From positions 1-24,192 of the IMG/VR virus record IMGVR_UViG_3300008459_000388: 24,192 nt of DNA, one strand, 5' to 3'. Below the pieces are notes generated by a model, which was not told where the DNA came from, searched no databases, and worked only from the letters and a program-made list of their open reading frames with translations. The DNA comes from a virus (taxonomy: Duplodnaviria; Caudoviricetes). The position numbers and the translations under genes are program-made. Numbering within the stretch: position 1 is the first letter of the stretch; every line of letters begins with the position of its first letter. Positions 14,801 to 23,731 of this stretch are shown piece after piece.

Positions 14801-16810
14801 GGCAAGTGGAAGCCCACAAGCTCCGACGAGGCGTTTACGTTGGCTAAGCAGTACCTGAAGAACCCAGAGTGGCGTCAGGTTGGCATGGATCCAGAGCGTC
14901 ACAGCTTCTTCTATGACCGCGAGACCATGGCGCCTGTTGTCAATGCTGAAGAGGTCATCCAGATCGGCCCCCTCGTGCTGGCAAAGAACCCCAAGTTTGG
15001 CAAGCTGGAAGACTTCAAGTACGCCAGTGGCGGCTTGGCTCACATGAAGGAGGGCGGCTCTGAGGACGACGCTAAGCCCTACTTCGGTGGAGCTGGCACA
15101 AAGAAGTACGCCGCCGCTAAGAAACGCGCCGAGCAGGCTGACGTAAACACACTGAAGGATCCTCGCACCTACGCCGCTGTAGCTGGCTTGATGGGTGAAC
15201 GTCCAGATGAGATGGGCTTCAGTGTTCTGCACCCTGACTACCAAGCAATTAAAGACGTGGCTGAGCCTGCTTTTGGGCTAGGCATAGCCGCACAAGCCTA
15301 CCCAATGCTTGGCCCTTTGACCAAGGGGTTGCCTGTTGGGGCTAGCGTTAAGAGCGTGTCGCCCTTAGAGTCGTCAGGCGTTTTTACCAGCGCCATGGCA
15401 AAAGCAGATGCCGAGCGCGCACTGCCTTTGGTATTGCCTCGTGCCATGCCAAAATCCTTGGATGAAATCAACTCCCATGCAGAGCGTGTTGCGCGTCAGA
15501 TGATGGGTGAGCACGTTACCAGTGGAAAAGCTGGCGACACCAAGAACCTTGCGGGTCGATCCATGAAGGAAAGCCAGCGCGTCAAAGCTCTTGATTATGA
15601 GCTGACACCTACCAAGGCGGTTCCAGAGTCTCAGGTGTATCAGCCGCAGATTGGCGACATCAATGTGGCGTTGCCGGGTGACTTCACCCTTTCTGACGTT
15701 GAGCTAAAGAGCTTGATGGGTGAGGCAATAGGTTCACGCCAAGAGGGCGGCTCACGCTATGGGCTTGGACACATGAAGGCTAAGACGCCTTTGTTTTATG
15801 CTTCCAACGAAGTCCCAGCTCAAGCGGTGCAAAACAAAGCGACTGACTTGTCAAACCTGTTTGGTTCTGAGCGCATCATTGGACAACACATGGCGATGGG
15901 GCCAATAGCTACAAACTTTGCTCAGCACTTTGCTGATGCCAACTTGCGCTATATCGATTACAGCAAGCTCACGCCTGAGAACATGTATATGTTTGACAAG
16001 TTAATGGCTAAGGGCTTTGAGATTACTAAGAAGAACCCTAAGACTGGCGAAATAATTGTCAAAGTTGTGGACTTCCCGCAGTGGCCCGGCATTGCAAACC
16101 CGCAAGCCGCCTACAAAGCCATGCAGAAGTACCCAGAGATGCGCAAGTACTTCAACAAGGTCATGCAGACGCCAAGCATCACTGAGCCTTTGAATTTACC
16201 TAATGGACTTGATGTTCGCTACGCAATCACCAGCCCAGACTTGCGCGACATGGAAGTGAACCTGACTGGACATGGTGTTGGTCAATTGGTTCCAAATGCA
16301 CCACTGACTGACACTGCAAAACACAAGACATACAGCAAGGGCATTCCCGGCATGTACTTGGGTCACCAAGAGGTTCTTACACCTTTTGCCATCTCATACC
16401 CTGATGCCGCTCAGCACATCATTACGCATCAGCGTCCACAGGACTTCACTGGCACAATTCAAAAGGTGTTCCCACACCAGCGCGTTGACCAGCAGTTTAT
16501 GGATGAAGTGGGAGCCTATCGCAGACGCATCAAAGAGCTTACTGGTAGAAAGAAGGGCGGAGCCGTCAAGAAAGAAGGCGGAGCAATCCAAAAGCCAGCC
16601 GCCAAGATTGATGGCAACGAGTTCGTCCTAGCCGCCCAGAAGTACGGGATCAAGGACAGCATGAACAACCTGAACAAGATCGTAGACCTTGTCAACAAGG
16701 GCTTGTCAGTGGATGATGCGGCACGTCAAGTAGCTGACACTGGTATGCATAAAGCCGCTGGTGGAGCAATAAGTGGCGATGATCTGATCCTTGAAGAGAG
16801 ACCGCTATGA
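11846..16810 (+). CDS. Large polyvalent-type multidomain protein with a PcfJ-like domain; probable virion-internal/ejected protein
   Basis: 1654 aa. PcfJ-like motifs E.DAMGHSVRGY, VYSL.D..GEPHVTVEV, QIKGKQN..P. Further unknown domains separated by GG motifs. Confidence 0.75.
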   Translation: MADENKPAFYPRVGNIKAKNFKPAQPMPFVDDERAMDLPQYGDVDLSVPSKENLELSRRMAERDAQLRRQQQADRSPLEKLAGGVQAGRFLGSALTQGINSIPTRMFKGDEAADKFMQERIYKPEQPTAYEYAGDVGDFLEKLETEYKIPPVLPEAVALQFLTGPATSQAMRTAGRGAEQVGRKIESAMEPVVKGAFERGGLPREMVMAMGANTQSNVVKPYGGNWLGGGDKDQIRTPESDLRRLKVDTMIGREGDTVEGLITQKDAINKWIDSNLKNYVKKEMGTRDDPIRKLAEEGIIHTPLRNDLDRMEYLQAIRKAEGYPAEGMGKSDLAKQWENISDDAIRVTKAGKIQEAATVNERLDEVRAEIADYQKQIDDDFINFLKGKGGLDIKDREVFDKMPSFQKAEILGDTKLKDLHHKSYELMARIHGFEKRAGEINPFVAKLDPETKLYSGGTYDLGFDHVVDVLKEDLATGRIRPEQLNKVSMEQAVRRTYEYDQELAKKMNEARMTSRAELPVYKEYPEGLKWVELNRPGDFAAESDAMGHSVRGYEPPEGSSDWTKSSGDSGYSGYGLGGWNAIKRGDAKVYSLVDAKGEPHVTVEVGAFKGQLRNEDLLPYKEAALEEAKKLPNGYTDYDVRDIEIRMAKENMPAFINQIKGKQNAKPKEEYLPFVQDFVRGGNWSDVRDFNNTNLISADQIRKAGWDMKGNKQKYFTWQEFEDLKNAEQKRVEGGGMKAGGKVSISNNPDTMMLEVNNQKMKNGVPAYAGGKLIVGKGLKAAKPPKIEVPRLSMQFGNDLPINMNTAEVENLARRFPEPTVDRVNMAHKDVLKRTPELQEAAARIEAGDISADEYARLVQRYKPVTPYESVPAPASREEILAALSKTSREAEGLPRKETYFGKPSSTLKEGDPVGLRLDIPSYNQANTWVVTAHGPRKSPVSGGAGTRIGYEPVAMATDVDFSVSPKAALGIAKGAEKNTIATMEGKWKPTSSDEAFTLAKQYLKNPEWRQVGMDPERHSFFYDRETMAPVVNAEEVIQIGPLVLAKNPKFGKLEDFKYASGGLAHMKEGGSEDDAKPYFGGAGTKKYAAAKKRAEQADVNTLKDPRTYAAVAGLMGERPDEMGFSVLHPDYQAIKDVAEPAFGLGIAAQAYPMLGPLTKGLPVGASVKSVSPLESSGVFTSAMAKADAERALPLVLPRAMPKSLDEINSHAERVARQMMGEHVTSGKAGDTKNLAGRSMKESQRVKALDYELTPTKAVPESQVYQPQIGDINVALPGDFTLSDVELKSLMGEAIGSRQEGGSRYGLGHMKAKTPLFYASNEVPAQAVQNKATDLSNLFGSERIIGQHMAMGPIATNFAQHFADANLRYIDYSKLTPENMYMFDKLMAKGFEITKKNPKTGEIIVKVVDFPQWPGIANPQAAYKAMQKYPEMRKYFNKVMQTPSITEPLNLPNGLDVRYAITSPDLRDMEVNLTGHGVGQLVPNAPLTDTAKHKTYSKGIPGMYLGHQEVLTPFAISYPDAAQHIITHQRPQDFTGTIQKVFPHQRVDQQFMDEVGAYRRRIKELTGRKKGGAVKKEGGAIQKPAAKIDGNEFVLAAQKYGIKDSMNNLNKIVDLVNKGLSVDDAARQVADTGMHKAAGGAISGDDLILEERPL

Positions 16811-19446
16811 CTATCATTGGAGCACTGAGAGCCGCTAAGGCGGGTGAGAAGGTCAGGAAGACTGCACCTTTCTACTCCGCGGTGGATGAGGCGCTTGCTA
16901 ACTTAAAACGCAACAAAGGTACAGGCGCCGAGTTTTTTTCTGAGCTTAAAAATACAAAAAATATTAAACCTGTTGAGTTGTCTGATCGTAAGCTTGAAGA
17001 AGCCTTTAAAGCCAAGGGCAAGATGACCAAGGAAGAGGCTCAGCAAGTCCTAGCTGACAACCCGCCTCCAAAGGTTCAAGAGCGTATTCTTGAAGACATT
17101 GATGGCGATGAGCGTAGAAGGCTTCTTGATGACAAGATGGAGATTTATGGGTACGACAACTATCGTGAAGTGCCTCATCGAGTATTGCGTGAATGGAATG
17201 CAGAGATTGATGCTGAAGCCGCAAAGTATGCCGACGACGATTACAGAACTCAGGGCGGTAGCAATTACCGCGAGATGCTACTGAAGTTGCCTCAGTCTTA
17301 TACCGAAAAAGACTTTCATCGTTTGTTGATGCTAGAGGCTGAACAGCGACGTGGTGACCTAACCCCTGCGCAAAGTAAAGAGATGGCAGAATTGCAGGCG
17401 AAGAAGCAAACAGCCGCATCCAACTACCAATCTGGTCACTGGGACGATGCCAACGTGCTGGCGCACATGCGTGTGCAGGATAGGTTGATTGCCCAGCCCC
17501 CACAGAAGGGCTTCTACGTTGTCAACAAGACGTCTGGTAGACAGTCAGCCATGTTTGACACACCTGAAGAGTTGCAGGCTTATGTTGAGACTTTGCCTGA
17601 AAGCATACGCAACAACGTGACCATGGCTCAAGGTGAACGCAAGGTTCCGCCAAGGAAGGTGTTGCAAGTCGAGGAGATCCAATCTGATTGGCATCAAGCT
17701 GGACGAAAAAAAGGTTACGCATCTGAGGAAAATCCAATGCGTATGACTGGCGAGGCTATACCTCTTGGCGACAACACCTACGGGGTGAAGTGGCAGGATG
17801 GCTCTGTAGATACGCTTGGTTACGGAAAACACCATGCGGAAACAATTGCTCAAGAAGGCAAGCTGACTGGGGTTGTTCCTGACGCTCCTTTCAAAAAGAA
17901 TTGGCATGAGCTGGCAATGAAGCGTCTGCTGAACTATGCCGCTGAAAAGGGTTATGACGGTATAGCGATAACGCCCGGCGCGGAGCACTTCAAGCGCTAC
18001 GGTAGTGAGCGCATTGATTGGAAGAAGGGCGATGACGGCTGGATTGTTGGAGCTAAGGAGCAGACTGGCGGACGCCATGAAGGTCGAGACCTTGAAGAGA
18101 TTGCCCGTGATCGAGGCATCCTGCTTGAGCGAAGCGGTGACCAAGTCAAGTCTAAGGAAGACCTGCACCGCATTGTCAACACAGTATTGAATCGTGAAAA
18201 CAACCCAGATCAGGTCAACAAGTTAACGAACCGCATTTGGGATCGTATGCAGACTGAAGCTGAAGGTACGTCCCTGCCCCGCAAGGAGGGCATGGAGGGC
18301 TTCTACGACAAGATGCTGACCGACTACCTGAATAGCTATGGTAGAGACTACGGCGCTCAAGTTCAGATGCGTCAGGTTGCGGCTACGCCTGAAGCCATGG
18401 AGAAGAAGTTCAACCTTAATCCTGACAATTTGCCTGACATGAACGCAGAACAGGCTAGTGACTACAGCAAGATCCTACAAGGGTTTGGCAACACACAACT
18501 GTCTGACGTTCACTACTTCCCAATCACTCAACCAATGCGTGAGTCCATCAAGCAGAAGGGTCTACCCCTGTACCAACAGGTTGGCATCCCAACTGCTGGC
18601 GCTGGTGCGGCTTCTCAGATGCTTGAGCCTGAAGAAGAGCCGCAGTATGGCACAGGTGGTGCTATTGCCAAGATGGCACTCAAAGCCGCGCCACAGGTTG
18701 TCAAGCCAAGCACTCTGACGGAGCTAAAGAAGGTTGTCCAGCAAGAGAAGGGTGGCTACGGCGCAAGGCGTATAGAACGTGCGGCTGACGAAGTCCCTAA
18801 CCTTGAGAAGCTATACAAAGAGCAAGCGCTCAAAGAAGCTTTTCTTGGCGACAATGCAAAAGCTTTGATGACCATGAACCCTGCGGATTTTGAAAAGTAC
18901 GCCGCAAAGCTGTTACCGCGAAACGTCTCCGTGCCGGGCGTCATGGGTGACAAGATGCGACAGTCAACCGAAGACTATGTAAAGTATTTACGAGAACTTC
19001 CTGAAGGTTTTAACGAGGCGCCGTATCTTCTGATTAACAAAGAAGAGTTTGGTTTACCTTTGATTCCATACGTTACAGGGCACGAAGGTCGCCACCGCAA
19101 CAGGGCATTGACCACCCAAGGCGAAAAATCAAATTTAGTTCGTTTTGTACCAAGTTTTGAATTGCGTGAGCCATTACCACGCCGCTCACAAGAAGAGTAC
19201 ATTGAAGGTCTAAAGCAAGAGTTGCAAATGACTGGCAACCAAGTTATGCCAGAAAAATACTGGGATGATTCGTTGCCTAAAAATTTATTGATTCAACGCC
19301 CACCAATACAACTGCCTGACATCTACGCTAAAGGTGGAGCAGTTAAACCAAAAGTTAAAGACTCGAAAAGCGGCAAGGTTAGAATGACTGAGAACCGCGA
19401 TACTATGTTCATGGAACTGAGCAACAAGAAGCTCAAAAGGAAATAA
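16807..19446 (+). CDS. Large polyvalent-type protein: EIQSD-motif domain plus ParB/Srx-like domain
   Basis: 879 aa, ATGA overlap. Motifs FYSA, NYRE.LL.LP, SGHW....LAH.R..DR, EEIQSDWHQ, PDAPF, A.EKGYDGIA; C-terminal GHEGRHR. Confidence 0.7.
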   Translation: MTIIGALRAAKAGEKVRKTAPFYSAVDEALANLKRNKGTGAEFFSELKNTKNIKPVELSDRKLEEAFKAKGKMTKEEAQQVLADNPPPKVQERILEDIDGDERRRLLDDKMEIYGYDNYREVPHRVLREWNAEIDAEAAKYADDDYRTQGGSNYREMLLKLPQSYTEKDFHRLLMLEAEQRRGDLTPAQSKEMAELQAKKQTAASNYQSGHWDDANVLAHMRVQDRLIAQPPQKGFYVVNKTSGRQSAMFDTPEELQAYVETLPESIRNNVTMAQGERKVPPRKVLQVEEIQSDWHQAGRKKGYASEENPMRMTGEAIPLGDNTYGVKWQDGSVDTLGYGKHHAETIAQEGKLTGVVPDAPFKKNWHELAMKRLLNYAAEKGYDGIAITPGAEHFKRYGSERIDWKKGDDGWIVGAKEQTGGRHEGRDLEEIARDRGILLERSGDQVKSKEDLHRIVNTVLNRENNPDQVNKLTNRIWDRMQTEAEGTSLPRKEGMEGFYDKMLTDYLNSYGRDYGAQVQMRQVAATPEAMEKKFNLNPDNLPDMNAEQASDYSKILQGFGNTQLSDVHYFPITQPMRESIKQKGLPLYQQVGIPTAGAGAASQMLEPEEEPQYGTGGAIAKMALKAAPQVVKPSTLTELKKVVQQEKGGYGARRIERAADEVPNLEKLYKEQALKEAFLGDNAKALMTMNPADFEKYAAKLLPRNVSVPGVMGDKMRQSTEDYVKYLRELPEGFNEAPYLLINKEEFGLPLIPYVTGHEGRHRNRALTTQGEKSNLVRFVPSFELREPLPRRSQEEYIEGLKQELQMTGNQVMPEKYWDDSLPKNLLIQRPPIQLPDIYAKGGAVKPKVKDSKSGKVRMTENRDTMFMELSNKKLKRK

Positions 19447-19449
19447 GCT

Positions 19450-21999
19450 ATGGCGACACAATTCCCACAAGATCCTAACGCGGGTCGTTTTATCGATGGG
19501 TTAAAAGATCAGCAGGTAGAGGCTGACGAAGGCATTGAATACGAGATGCCCCCAGAAGATGCTGAGGTTGAAGAGTTGCCAGACGGCTCTGCCATTGTTC
19601 ACATGGAGAGCAAGGGGCCCATGGAGGACGAGGACTTCTACGCCAACTTGGCAGAAGAGATCTCCCCCTATGACCTGAACAAGATTGCCCTGCGCTACAT
19701 GGACTTGGTCGAGAACGACAAGAAGTCTCGAGAGGAGCGCGACAAGAAGTACGAAGAGGGTTTGAAGCGTACAGGCATGGGGAATGATGCCCCGGGCGGT
19801 GCTACGTTCATGGGCGCCAGCAAGGTCGTTCACCCTGTCATGGCTGAAGCCTGCGTGGACTTCGCCTCCCGCGCCATCAAAGAGATGTTCCCACCAGACG
19901 GCCCCACCCGCACCAAGATTCTTGGCGACGTGGATGAAGCCAAGATCCAGAAGGCTGAGCGCAAGCGCGACTACATGAACTGGCAGTTGACTGAGCAGAT
20001 CGAAGAGTTCCGCGACGAGCAGGAGCAGATGCTGACTCAGCTCCCCTTGGGCGGTTCACAGTACATGAAGCTGTGGTACGACGACAAGAAGAAGCGTCCC
20101 TGCGCCGAGTTCATGCCCATCGACAACATCCTGTTGCCCTTTGCCGCCGCGAACTTCTACACCGCTCAACGTGTCACTGAGATGCAGACCATTACCGAGT
20201 GGGAGTTCAAGAATCGCATTCGCTCAGGTCTGTACCGTGACATCGACTTGGTTCGCGTAAGCGCTGAGCCAGAGGAAACCCACTCTGAGAAAGCCAACAA
20301 CAAGATCGAAGGTCGCAAATGGGACGACAACGAGGATGGTCTGCGTAAGGTCTATCACATCTACACATGGCTCGAGCTAGAGGACGATCCCCTGACCAAT
20401 GGTGAGTCAGCCCCCTACATCCTAATGGTTGACGAGCACGAGAACGAGTGCGTTGGTCTGTACCGTAACTGGGAAGAGGGTGACGAGACACAGACCAAAC
20501 TGGATTGGCTGGTCGAGTTCAAGTTCATCCCATGGCGTGGTGCGTACGCTATCGGCTTGCCACAGCTCATTGGTGGCCTCTCCGCGGCTCTTACAGGCTC
20601 TCTACGCGCTTTGTTGGACTCTGCCCATATCAACAATGCGGCAACCATGCTAAAGCTCAAGGGAGCGAAGATCTCGGGTCAGTCCCAACAGGTGGACGTG
20701 ACGCAGGTTTGTGAGATCGAGGGAGCCCCCGGTGTTGACGACATCCGCAAGATTGCCATGCCCATGCCGTTTAACCCACCCTCAGAGGTCTTATTCAAGC
20801 TTCTGGGCTGGTTAGACGGTGCGGCTAAGGGGGTAGTGACCACCGCAGAGGAAAAGATCGCTGACGTGAACTCCAACACCCCTGTTGGAACCACCCAAGC
20901 TTTGATCGAGCAGGGCGCCGCAGTGTTCTCCGCCATCCACTCACGCCTGCATGACAGCCAAGGTCGCGTCCTCAAGATCCTTGGTCGCCTGAACCGTTGG
21001 TACTTGGAAGAGCAACGCAAGGGTGAAGTGGTCGCTGACCTCGATATTCGCAAGGAAGACTTTGCTTCCAACACGGACGTGATCCCTGTTTCTGATCCGC
21101 ACATCTTCTCTGAGACTCAGCGTATGGCGCAGAGCCAAGCGGTGATGCAGATCATGAAAGAGAACCCAGACCTGTTTAACCGCAAGGTCGTGGTGGAGCG
21201 GTTCTTGAAGCAGATCAAGGTGCCCGGGATCAACGAGATCATGAAAGACGTACCTTCTCCTGAGAAGCGTGACTCCGCCAATGAGAACGTCGCCATGATG
21301 CTCGGTCAAGCGGCGTTTGCTTACATGGAGCAAGACCACCTGTCTCACATCCAGAGCCACATGGACTTCTACAAAGACCCAATCTTTGGTTCAAACCCCA
21401 TGGTTCAGCCGATTATTCTGCCCCAGATGGTCGAGCACCTGAAGCAACACATCTCCATGTGGTACTTGAACCGCATGAATGGCTACGTTGTGAAGACCTT
21501 GGGTCGCCAAGCTACGGACTACGACAATCCAAAGGTCACTCCAGAGGCGGACAAGCTCATGGCTATTGCCTCACAGCACGTTACCTTGGACACACAGAAG
21601 GTATTTGCGCAGGTTGTGCCTGAATTGCAAGCAATGATGCAGACAATGCAGAAGCTCAAGCAGGGTCAGACCCCTCCAATGACACCAGAAGCACAGGTTT
21701 TGCTCCAGACAAGCATGGCAGAGACCCAGCGCTTGACTGCAAAAGACCAAGCGGACAACCAATTGGCTGTTCAAAAGCTTCAAAACCAACAACAACTCGA
21801 CGTTGCCAAGCTCACACAGAGCAAACAGCAGTTCGAGTCGGATCAACAGCTCGAAGTGGCGATGCAAACAGAGAAAAATCTCACACAAGAGCGCATAGAG
21901 TCTGCAAGATTGACGCGAGACGCGGCAAAACTGCAACAAGAGCAGGTAAAAACTGCAACCGAGCTTCAACGTGAAGCACAAACCTACTTAGGAGGCTGA
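19450..21999 (+). CDS. Portal protein (P22/podovirus-like, long helical C-terminus)
   Basis: 849 aa. F.GASKVVHPVMAEACVDF, PVGTTQALIEQG..VFSAIH.RLH, PVSDP motifs; Gln-rich coiled-coil tail; position in the head module. Confidence 0.88.
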   Translation: MATQFPQDPNAGRFIDGLKDQQVEADEGIEYEMPPEDAEVEELPDGSAIVHMESKGPMEDEDFYANLAEEISPYDLNKIALRYMDLVENDKKSREERDKKYEEGLKRTGMGNDAPGGATFMGASKVVHPVMAEACVDFASRAIKEMFPPDGPTRTKILGDVDEAKIQKAERKRDYMNWQLTEQIEEFRDEQEQMLTQLPLGGSQYMKLWYDDKKKRPCAEFMPIDNILLPFAAANFYTAQRVTEMQTITEWEFKNRIRSGLYRDIDLVRVSAEPEETHSEKANNKIEGRKWDDNEDGLRKVYHIYTWLELEDDPLTNGESAPYILMVDEHENECVGLYRNWEEGDETQTKLDWLVEFKFIPWRGAYAIGLPQLIGGLSAALTGSLRALLDSAHINNAATMLKLKGAKISGQSQQVDVTQVCEIEGAPGVDDIRKIAMPMPFNPPSEVLFKLLGWLDGAAKGVVTTAEEKIADVNSNTPVGTTQALIEQGAAVFSAIHSRLHDSQGRVLKILGRLNRWYLEEQRKGEVVADLDIRKEDFASNTDVIPVSDPHIFSETQRMAQSQAVMQIMKENPDLFNRKVVVERFLKQIKVPGINEIMKDVPSPEKRDSANENVAMMLGQAAFAYMEQDHLSHIQSHMDFYKDPIFGSNPMVQPIILPQMVEHLKQHISMWYLNRMNGYVVKTLGRQATDYDNPKVTPEADKLMAIASQHVTLDTQKVFAQVVPELQAMMQTMQKLKQGQTPPMTPEAQVLLQTSMAETQRLTAKDQADNQLAVQKLQNQQQLDVAKLTQSKQQFESDQQLEVAMQTEKNLTQERIESARLTRDAAKLQQEQVKTATELQREAQTYLGG

Positions 22000-22000
22000 A

Positions 22001-22156
22001 ATGGCTACATCTAACCCTTACCACAACGAAGCAGTGCCCATGCACAAGCGTATTGCCGCTGGCGAAAAGCTTGATGGCTCGTCTTTGAAGACCTCTGGCA
22101 ACACAGCGCCAGCCAAAAAACAAGGAGGCGCCCTATCGCAAGCTAAGAAAAAATAA
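22001..22156 (+). CDS. Small basic protein, 51 aa, with KKQGGAL motif
   Basis: GGAGG RBS; MATSNPYHNEAVPMHKRIAAG...KKQGGALSQAKKK; TAATG overlap with the next gene. Confidence 0.7.
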   Translation: MATSNPYHNEAVPMHKRIAAGEKLDGSSLKTSGNTAPAKKQGGALSQAKKK

Positions 22157-22347
22157 TGTTATTCAATTTGGGTGATCTGATCGGCGCAATCAAGGTGCGT
22201 CAAGCTGAAATAGCTTCTTCCCTAGCGGCTGGAAACGTCGCGTCATGGGAGGCGTACCAACGCACGGTCGGCACAAACTTGGGATTGCAGGAAACCCTCG
22301 ATCTCATTAACAAAATGTTAAAGGACAAAGAAGAAGATGAGCGATAA
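22156..22347 (+). CDS. Small conserved head-module protein
   Basis: 63 aa; L..G......Y...VG...GL pattern typically found upstream of phage GroES genes. Confidence 0.75.
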   Translation: MLFNLGDLIGAIKVRQAEIASSLAAGNVASWEAYQRTVGTNLGLQETLDLINKMLKDKEEDER

Positions 22348-22771
22348 CCCCGAAGTGTTGGAAAACGCTGAAGTGAAGTGGGCATTCCCCGCTGTTAGCC
22401 CGGGTGCTAAGCCATTAGGTGGTCGAATTTTGGTGCAATTACGTCGCACAAAACAGAAAACGACAAGCGCAGGGATCATTTTGGTAGAAGAGACCAAAGA
22501 GACCGAGAAGTGGAACAACATGGTGGCAAAAGTCATCGAAGTTGGCCCTCTCGCATTCAAAAACCGTGACACCATGCAAGGCTGGCCTGAAGGCTCGTGG
22601 TGCGAGGTCGGTGATTACATCCGAGTCCCCAAATGGGGCGGAGATCGTTGGGAAGTTAAGGTTGAAGGACAGGACGATCACGAAGATCCAGCCCTGTTCA
22701 TGATCCTGAATGACCACGAAATCATTGCCAAAGTCATTGGTGATCCCCTAGCTATGAAAGCATTCTTATGA
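22337..22771 (+). CDS. groES: Phage GroES/Cpn10-like co-chaperonin
   Basis: KPLGGRILV, mobile-loop-like TTSAGIIL, KVIEVGP, VGD, ILNDHEIIAKV. Confidence 0.85.
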   Translation: MSDNPEVLENAEVKWAFPAVSPGAKPLGGRILVQLRRTKQKTTSAGIILVEETKETEKWNNMVAKVIEVGPLAFKNRDTMQGWPEGSWCEVGDYIRVPKWGGDRWEVKVEGQDDHEDPALFMILNDHEIIAKVIGDPLAMKAFL

Positions 22772-23721
22772 CCACAGAAAACGAACTTGACAAGATTGTT
22801 GTCACCGAGGAAGCAGACGGTTCAGCCGTTATTGACCTTCCTGACAGCATTGAATCCCCTGATGAACAGGAAGACGACCGCATGGCGGCTGGCGGCTCTG
22901 CTGACCAAGCTGACGACGACGTAATTCCTGAAGACGAGACTGAATACCAACGCGCACGTCGTGAAAAGCGTCGTGCCAAGCGGGATTTGGCTAAGAAGAC
23001 AGGCGTAGAGAAGGACATGAAACTCCAGCTCTTGGAACGCAAGAACCAAGAATTGATGGAGCGTTTGTCCGTTGTGGAGCGCAAAACCCACTCTGCTGAC
23101 CTAGCCCGTATCGACAAGGCTATTGAAGACCAAGAACTTCGCTTGCAGTACGCCAAGATGAAGATCTCTGAGGCGGCAAGCGCTTCTGACGGTCACGCCA
23201 TGGCAGAAGCCCAAGAGATGATGTACGAAGCCCGTCGCCAGATGGAAGCTTTGTCCAACTTCAAGAAGGCGGCTGTAGAGCCTCGCCAGTCCCAAGGAAA
23301 CGTCCCAGATCCTCGCCTGCAACGCTTGGCGGCGAACTGGATGGAAAAGAATGATTGGTACGACCCGAACGCTCGGGACACCGATTCCAAGATTGCAAAG
23401 CAAATTGACGAGACTCTGGTTTCAGAGGGTTGGGATCCAACCTCACCTGATTACTGGAATGAACTCGATAATCGCTTGCATAAGTACTTGCCACACAAGT
23501 ACAATGACACCACGGACGTACGTTCGTCTACTAAGAGACCAAGGAGTGTTGTAACAAGTTCTGGTCGCGAAAGCGTCAACGGAAGCACCAACAGGAACAC
23601 ATTTGTACTGAAACCAGAACAAGTGCGCGCAATGAAGGATGCTGGCTTTTGGGATGATCCCGATAAGCGATCCAAGATGATTAAGCGATATGCGCAAGAA
23701 GCTCGAAACAACTCTTACTAA
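22768..23721 (+). CDS. Probable capsid scaffolding protein
   Basis: 317 aa. Acidic N-terminus, long coiled coil, W...N.WY, Y..ELD.RL, C-terminal L...Q..A....G...YA. Confidence 0.65.
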   Translation: MTTENELDKIVVTEEADGSAVIDLPDSIESPDEQEDDRMAAGGSADQADDDVIPEDETEYQRARREKRRAKRDLAKKTGVEKDMKLQLLERKNQELMERLSVVERKTHSADLARIDKAIEDQELRLQYAKMKISEAASASDGHAMAEAQEMMYEARRQMEALSNFKKAAVEPRQSQGNVPDPRLQRLAANWMEKNDWYDPNARDTDSKIAKQIDETLVSEGWDPTSPDYWNELDNRLHKYLPHKYNDTTDVRSSTKRPRSVVTSSGRESVNGSTNRNTFVLKPEQVRAMKDAGFWDDPDKRSKMIKRYAQEARNNSY

Positions 23722-23731
23722 GGAAACAAGT

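Noticed and set aside
16800-16815. Frameshift or readthrough joining the two giant ORFs
   Set aside because: Ordinary ATGA coupling with a purine-rich RBS and no slippery sequence; no evidence of an alternative genetic code in the window.
21985-21999. Portal ends in YLGG, like a ubiquitin-type C-terminal di-glycine
   Set aside because: The codons (ttaGGAGGctga) double as the Shine-Dalgarno of the next gene, which explains the GG.
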